Source: Lama glama
Taxonomy: Eukaryota
Direction: 5' to 3'
Assembly (NCBI GenBank): GCA_028534125.1
Contig: CM052817.1
Location: 46,626,001-46,690,000, forward strand
Length of the DNA: 64,000 nt
Of the stretch, positions 57,401-64,000 are shown piece after piece. Made by a program: the position numbers and the translations under genes. The stretch's first letter is position 1, and every line of letters begins with the position of its first letter. Under the pieces are notes generated by a model. The model was given only the letters and a program-made list of their open reading frames with translations, was not told where the DNA came from and searched no databases.

Positions 57401-60400
57401 GGAAAATGGGTAAACGACATGAACAAATTGATCTGGGAAATTTATAGCTACGATAGCTAAAGGCACATGGAAAAAGCTTAATTTCATTAAAAATCAGTTA
57501 AATTCTTCAAACACAGTCATTATTTTTTACATATAAATCAAGCAAACTTAATTTCCATGTGCAATGTTGGTGAAGATGGGGGGTGAAAAAAGCATTTTCA
57601 AGTACTGTTATAGGACTAGATGTTGGTAAAAACTTTCTGGAAAGTAACTTGGCCATTTTTATCAATTGTTTTTTTTGAAAGTCTATATATTTTGACCTAA
57701 GAATTTTCCTTCTGATAATCTATCTTAAGAAAATAACCATAAATATTAATAAAGATAAATGGGATGAAATACTTAGGGTGACATAAAATTTTTGAAAACT
57801 TAAATAAATGTCCACCATACAGTAAGAGAGCAGTTAAATAAGTTATTATGATAGGATATCATTATTCAAAATAAAGTATATTTTGAGGTCTGTTTAATAA
57901 TATAAAATGTTTTTTATGATACTAAATAAAAAACAGATCCAAAAATTTCTTCAAAAAATGTTATACTAATTTTACTTTTAAACGTACACACACACATATC
58001 TGCATATATGTATAGAAAATGTTAATTATAGCTATTTCTTGTGACAGAATCAGAAAGGTTTGGGGTTTTTGTTTTGTAACTTTTGGTACTTTCCTAATCA
58101 TCTTTGATAATCATTTATTATTTTGGCAATTATAAAAAAATTCAATATGTCTCAAGAAAATACATAGTTCATAAATAAAAATACAAATGCTTAATGTTAA
58201 TGGAAAGAGTTTTTTGCATCAAGACACAGGGTTAAAGTTCAAAACTTTATGCATAACCCAAACTGTTGATACTGGTCTTCCCAATGATCAGCTTACACCG
58301 AATTTAAGGTCGACTCAGATTGGTCAATCACGTTTTCTATCCTCTGAACTACAGTAAAACTTTGATCATTTTTAAGCATTTGTTGTTTTGTTTTGTTTGT
58401 GAATTCTCTGAGCCTACAGGGATGGAACCTACCGCATCTCTGTAACAGTCTGGAGGGTTTTCCGTGTTGCAACATTCTCCTAGGAGATCCTCATATGTTT
58501 CAGCAATTCTTAACAGCTCTGGTATGGACAGTTCTGTATGTCTCCTTGCATATTCATAAAGAAACCTGTGATGTGTAAAATATTTTGTGTATTAGAATTT
58601 AGAGAAAGAGAGAAACACCAAATCCTGCTCTCTTTTAGTCCAGTCACATCATCTAATACTGAGTCCGCTTTCAAATGCGAAGTTCCTCATTCGGTGTGGT
58701 CAGGGAGTGATTTAAGATGTTTTGACTAAAGGAGATCATTTCGCAAAGATTCTCTTCCATATCATGTTGTAAACTAACGATGCTTTTACTTGGAGGGATG
58801 GAATGATTAGAGGTATTTAGCATTAATTATTAGAATGATTTAATCCATAAAGCATTAGCAATAGTAGATCATGCCACCAATACTTTGGAAAACACGTATC
58901 AAGTATACTTCTGTTGGAAAATGCATTTAGATATCCCATCTTGAGAAGGTGAAAATATGGCTTTGTCTCCATTCCTGATGCCACCTTGAGGAGAGATTAT
59001 GGAGCATCCTTTGTCTGTTACATCCTACTGTCACTTGCCAAATATGAGTGTAATCACCCCTGCAGCTCTAAATCGTTGGCTGTGGCTTCCATGGCCTCAG
59101 TGAGGGTAGAGGTGGGTGGGATTTGGGGAGAAAGCAGGAGAGGGAGTGCGATGAGGCTAACACTTATTAAGCCCTTAGTAGGTGCTAGGCACTGGATCAA
59201 GCTTTGGGCATAGAAGACAAAGATACACTTCCTAGTCTTTATAAACACTTTCTCATTTAAATCCATCTAGTCCTCAAGACAAGTACCGTTTTAAGCTGAG
59301 GAAACCAAGTCAGACCACTTTAGCACCTTGCTATTAATAGAAGTATAAAATCTGAACCTAAGTCCTACAGGATGCCTACTTCATTCTTTTTTAAACCAAG
59401 CTGCCTCTCTTCTCAAGAGAGAGGTGTTTTCTTTAAGTACCTCAGCTGTGCTATGTATAATCTTCTTCAGGTAACTATCTTGTCTATTCAAACAATATAC
59501 GTAAAAATGGTCTATGTTTTGTGAGAGCAATACCTCACAAAAGTTCCTCAAGCCCAAGGGACTTCTTTCATCTCTTTTTGTTTCACAGCCTTTGATTCTC
59601 TTGGTTTTTCTGACACCGTCTCTCCTGCTTCTCCACCTATCTGTGGGATGCACTCCCATATCCTAAAGCAATGGTGTTTAACCTTCAGAGAATCAAGGTC
59701 TCCCCTTAATAGCTCATGTAAGCCATGAACATTTCCCCATGAATAAAATTACACCTAAAAACACACCACCAAAGTATTGCAAACAAAACCTCCCAGAAGC
59801 CTACCCTGAACTGGCAGATCTGCTGGGGTCTTGCCTCAAATGTTTACACCCCGAAAAACTGCACCTTCAACTGTTTCTGGCTCAGCATGTCCCTTGTTCT
59901 GCTATGGTTTCTCCCCAGGCTTCAAACCCTATCTTAGTTGTAACAGTGATGATGATGGAGATGATGAGGATGAGGATGCAAATCGCTTCCATTCAGCAAG
60001 CACACATCAGATACAAGTGGAATGCATTACATCTATCGTCTAGTTTCATTTGACTCATGAGAAGCAATAGAGCACCGTGGTCAGAAGAGCAGGAGGCTGG
60101 AGCCACACTGTTGTGTTTGAATCTGCACTGGTTCCACCACATATTAGTTGTGTGACTTTGGAGCAAGTTACTTAACCTCCATGCCTCAGTTTCCTTGCCT
60201 GTAAAATGAGGCTATAAAAGTGTTCTAACCTCAGAAGGTCATTTTGAAAATTAAATTAGTTAATAGACAAGAAGCATTTAAAATTTGCTAGGTGCTCAGT
60301 AACATGTCTCTTCAATCCAGACCTCCTTCCAAAGCTCCTGGTTCACATATGAAATCACCTCATGATGTTACCAACTAGTTACCTGACAGGCACCTCAAAG

Positions 60401-61742
60401 TCAACGTGGTCGGATTCAAACATACTCTTTCCCACAAAACCTTCCCCCATGGGTCCCATCTCATTGAGTCTGAGAACTACTTACCAACCACCTAAGTCCC
60501 AAACTGGGATTCATTCCAGATGAAGTTTCTAAAAAACAAAAGTGATTTTGTCCTTCCTTATTCTTCAGTGAAAACCCATCAGTGGCATCTCGTTACTTAG
60601 CATGCCTGCATGATCTGACCCCTCTACCCCTCACTACCCTCGTCTCTCACTGTAGAAACCCTATTCACAACCACGTATACACCAAGTAGTTTTGTGCTTC
60701 TGTCGGTGTGACCCCTTCTGTCTAGCTCACCAAAATTCCTTCAAGTACCTCTTCCCCATCAAGCCTTTCCAGGGCCCCCAAGGAGTTTCTCCTCTGTCCC
60801 CACATGACCTGTATTGTACAGCCTGATGCTGTTAGAAATTAAAGAATATTTCTTGCACTCATTTATTGTTGAGTCTTCCTATTGATGAAAGTTTATTGGG
60901 GATAAAAACCTTGTCTAACCAAGTCCCTGGATTATATTTCATTACCTATAAACTTTGAAGGAATAAATAGTCTTAGATGAATTTTTTATATGATTACCTA
61001 AAATACAGAGAAGTTAACTTGTCCCAGTGACTCAGCCAGGACTCAGCTCTATGCCTTTTGTTTCCAAATCCTCTAGTCTTTCCCCTGAATAGCTGTGGGA
61101 TGACAGAGCATGGAAGTTAAGCCTGAAACTTCTGGGGTCAGACCTCCGGGGTCAAATCTTTACTCTGCCATATTGTAACTGTGAACCTTGAACAAGTTAC
61201 TTAACTTCTTTGTACTTCAGTTTGCTCATCTAAAAACTGGGAGAAATCATAGTTACTTTACATGACTGTGAGAATTAAAATAGATACTCATACTTAGCCC
61301 ATTGTCTGGCACATATCAAGTACTCAATAAATGTTAGCCATCACTATAACACAGTTGCATTTTCTTAAAATCATGTAAAAAGACTATATTCTATAGCCAT
61401 GATTTTTTTAAATCATGTGATACCCAATGCTTTAAAAGGTTCCTATTCCTTCCACCCAAGTTAGCCAAAATAGATCAAATCAAAAGTTCCTGTTTGTCTT
61501 ATAAATGTCAATATAGAGTTAAGTTACTCAGTCTTGAAGTTCCCGCGGTCAGCATTTCGTTCCTCACACACATTGTTGCTTTCAGTAAACTTTGTTTCTC
61601 TTAGAGATAAGTCGTTAGGTCTATCATCTTTATTTGAGTAAATTATGCACTCGCCACGCTCTGGTATCTTCTTTTCACAGCACCCTTTGATTTTGCTGGA
61701 GATGGAATCTTGTTTTGAACAAATATGGCTCATAATTTTGCT
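54203..61742 (-). CDS. AFM: Afamin, partial (exons 8-12): complement(join(54203..54426,55171..55303,56373..56470,58433..58565,61528..61742)); exons 1-7 outside the window, exons 13-14 not visible
   Basis: Exons of 215,133,98,133,224 bp with compatible phases. Diagnostic afamin peptides: ICSKQDSISSKIK, CCEKKIPERG, FNETTEKSLK, LTKIAPQLSTEEL, INPAVDHCCKTNFAFRR. Confidence 0.96.
55171..55303 (-). CDS. AFM: AFM exon 11 (133 bp)
   Basis: ccttcag| YLIKLTKIAPQLSTEELTFLGKEMVIALTTCCTLSEEFACVDNL |gtgagc. Confidence 0.96.
56373..56470 (-). CDS. AFM: AFM exon 10 (98 bp)
   Basis: attttcag| ENRFNETTEKSLKIVQQECEHFQNLGKDDLKY(Y) |gtaagt. Confidence 0.95.
57270..58140 (+). mobile_element. Old L1M fragment in AFM intron 9
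   Basis: aaaatgggtaaacgacatgaacaaa ... tgttggtgaagatg ... aactttctggaaagtaacttggc ... tttgacctaagaatt. Confidence 0.65.
58433..58565 (-). CDS. AFM: AFM exon 9 (133 bp)
   Basis: atcacag| FLYEYARRHTELSIPELLRIAETYEDLLGECCNTENPPDCYRDA |gtaggt. Confidence 0.95.
60063..60300 (+). mobile_element. MIR SINE, followed by an L2-like fragment to about 60900
   Basis: tgtgtgactttggagcaagttacttaacctccatgcctcagtttccttgcctgtaaaatgagg. Confidence 0.8.
61103..61345 (+). mobile_element. MIR SINE
   Basis: ctgtgaaccttgaacaagttacttaacttctttgtacttcagtttgctcatctaaaaactggg ... tactcaataaatgttagc. Confidence 0.8.
61528..61742 (-). CDS. AFM: AFM exon 8 (215 bp)
   Basis: gatacag| SKIMSHICSKQDSISSKIKGCCEKKIPERGECIIYSNKDDRPNDLSLRETKFTESNNVCEERNADRGNFKT(E) |gtaact. 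Confidence 0.96.
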
Positions 61743-62822
61743 CTGTATCAAATAAGAATGAGAGGTGACTTTATTTTCACAGTTTCTTCAGGGTTGGATT
61801 TACTGTCATAAATAGTATACAAAATCAACCACTGGCATGTTGTCTGGAATTGTTTCATCAGCTAATTTGGTAGATAATATTTAAATTTTGTATTGATTTA
61901 ATACAATGAATTTTCACGTTAATGTGAGCCTTAGTTCTCAAGATTTTAGATGATATAATTATGAAAAATAGACATAAATTCACATTCATTGTTAAATATT
62001 GATCTTTTAAATATTTTACCCTTACTCCAGTGATACATAGTCATTTTCAATTCTAAGCACTGTTTTTTTCCCCTAAGCATTCACCTGTGCTTGAATGAGG
62101 GCCACCAAGGGCTGTTACTGTAATATCTATGGTCCTGGATTTCTCCTCTTAGGGCCTGAAACTACCTTGCCATGCATGCAGTAGAAACTCAATAAATATT
62201 TGATAAGTGAATGAAAGAGTGGTAAACAAATAAATCACTGCAGCAACTACCAGATGAAGCCTTCTCAAATGTAAGAAGGTTTCTACTCATTATTGTCATT
62301 TTCCTTCAGATGTTATTAATTTGAAGCTGTTCAAATGACCAAATAATGCACAAAATAGAAAACCTTACTCTGTCTCCTCTCCTGACTCCATCTCAATTCT
62401 GACCTCCACACAAAGTTATGGGAATAAAAGAAAAGGGGAAGTTATCTTGCTCACACATTAGTTACATGATTTTTTAAAAGCTGATCTAGTCCCTAGTCCC
62501 TTCTCTGACTCTCCAGAATGAGGCTGCACATTCCTCCTACTCTCTGTTCTAGCTTCACGTGATCTATGTTGTGTTTGTAAAGCACTAGGCTTTTCCAGAC
62601 CTCTCTGACTTTGCTCAAGCTATTCTTCCTGCCTGGAATCTTCCTCTGAGGAACACTGAGGCTGAGGAATGAGATGAAGCTCTAGACTGAGGTGAGAAAT
62701 GGAATGGAGGTTGTCACCACATTTCAAACAAATCACATAGAACCAGGGAGCCAAGCTTTGCAAATATATATGCAGCTCACCTAAGGCATCATTCTAGGCA
62801 ACACATTCAAAATAGAAATGAA

Positions 62823-63432
62823 ATCTCAACTCTAATTCAAAAAGATACATGCACCCAATATTCGTAGCAGCATATATACAATATCTAAGACATGGAAACA
62901 ACATAAATGTCCACCAACAAATGACTGGATAAAGATGTTGTGGTGTTTATATACAATGGAATATTACCCAATCATAAAAAAGAATAAAATAATGCCATTT
63001 GCAGCAACATGGATGGACCTGGAGATTGTCGTTCTAAGTGACGTAAGCCACAGCTAGAAAGAAAAATACCATATGATATCACCTATATGTGGAATCTAAA
63101 AAAAAAAAACCTCAAATGAACTTATTTATACAACAGAAACAGACTCACAGAGATAGAAAACAAACATGGTTACTACAGAAGAAAGAGGTAGGAAGGGATA
63201 AATTGGAAATTCAGTATTTGCAGATACTACCTACTATACATAAAATAGATAAACAACAATTTTATACTATATAGCATAGGGGAGTATATGCACTATCTTG
63301 CAGTAACCTGTGGTAAAAAAAGATATGAAAACAAATATATGTATGTATATGTATGACTGAAACATTATGCTGTACACCAGAAATTGACACAACACTAACC
63401 TGACTATACTTTAATTGAAAAAAACATAAAAA
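62823..63432 (+). mobile_element. 5'-truncated L1 (ORF2 end + 3'UTR) with 9-bp TSD AGAAATGAA
   Basis: aaagatacatgcacccaatattcgtagcagca ... gccatttgcagcaacatggatggacctggag; TSD at 62814-62822 and 63433-63441. Confidence 0.9.
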
Positions 63433-64000
63433 AGAAATGAATTATCTCTTATTGTCTGAAAATTCATTTCTATTTTGAATGAATGACAATACAATTCCAC
63501 TTGTTTTTCCATAAAGGCATCAAATAAAAGGATATTAAGAATATAATATGATTTCTTAGTCTCAGCTCCAAACTTCATAGAAAAATTCTCAATTGTAGCC
63601 TACTTCAGTACATTATACTTAATATTATAAAGCAACATCCTCATAAACAATTAACCAGCACAAAATAATAGTGATTGAGATTGCTTTTCATTGGAAAACA
63701 GTTAAGGACAAAATAATTCTTGGGGACAACTATTGTCAACTACTTGAAATAAAATGTACATATCTCCATATTCTAAAATTCAAGTTATCTAATTAACATA
63801 ATTAACATGCTGTTTCACTGTGAATTAGAAACAGTATAGTGAATTAAAAGTCTCTAAGAAAAAAATCTAATTTCATTAGAATTATTAAAATTATTGAAAT
63901 TCATTAGAAATTAATGAAATTGTATTACCTTTGCGTGCATGAACAACTTCAGCTAGGTCAACAATATATCTACTAGTATATGCCCTTTAGAGACTAGATT

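Overview
Mammalian genomic DNA, most likely a camelid, judged from a Vic-1-type tRNA-derived SINE and cetartiodactyl-type L1 3' ends. The window covers the distal end of the albumin gene cluster. The + strand carries the last six coding exons of RASSF6 (1316-6713). The - strand carries exons 8-12 and the 3'UTR exon of afamin (AFM); exons 13-14 are not visible and probably lie in the 500-N gap at 53655-54154. Between these genes is a complete, apparently intact albumin-family gene with 14 coding exons (49257->12961, - strand). All its introns are GT-AG with albumin-type exon sizes and phases, and it splices to a 614-aa ORF with no stops or frameshifts. It has a signal peptide, all 34 canonical disulfide cysteines plus 4 extra, and a TATA/HNF1/CCAAT promoter. 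Position and sequence point to the orthologue of ARG/Albfm1 (alpha-fetoprotein-related gene), which from memory is intact in mouse, disabled in primates and of unknown function. It is therefore little studied rather than new. The ORF track shows only fragments of it. Exon coordinates were read and phase-checked by hand. Repeat names and boundaries are approximate, from recalled consensus sequences; no database searches were run.
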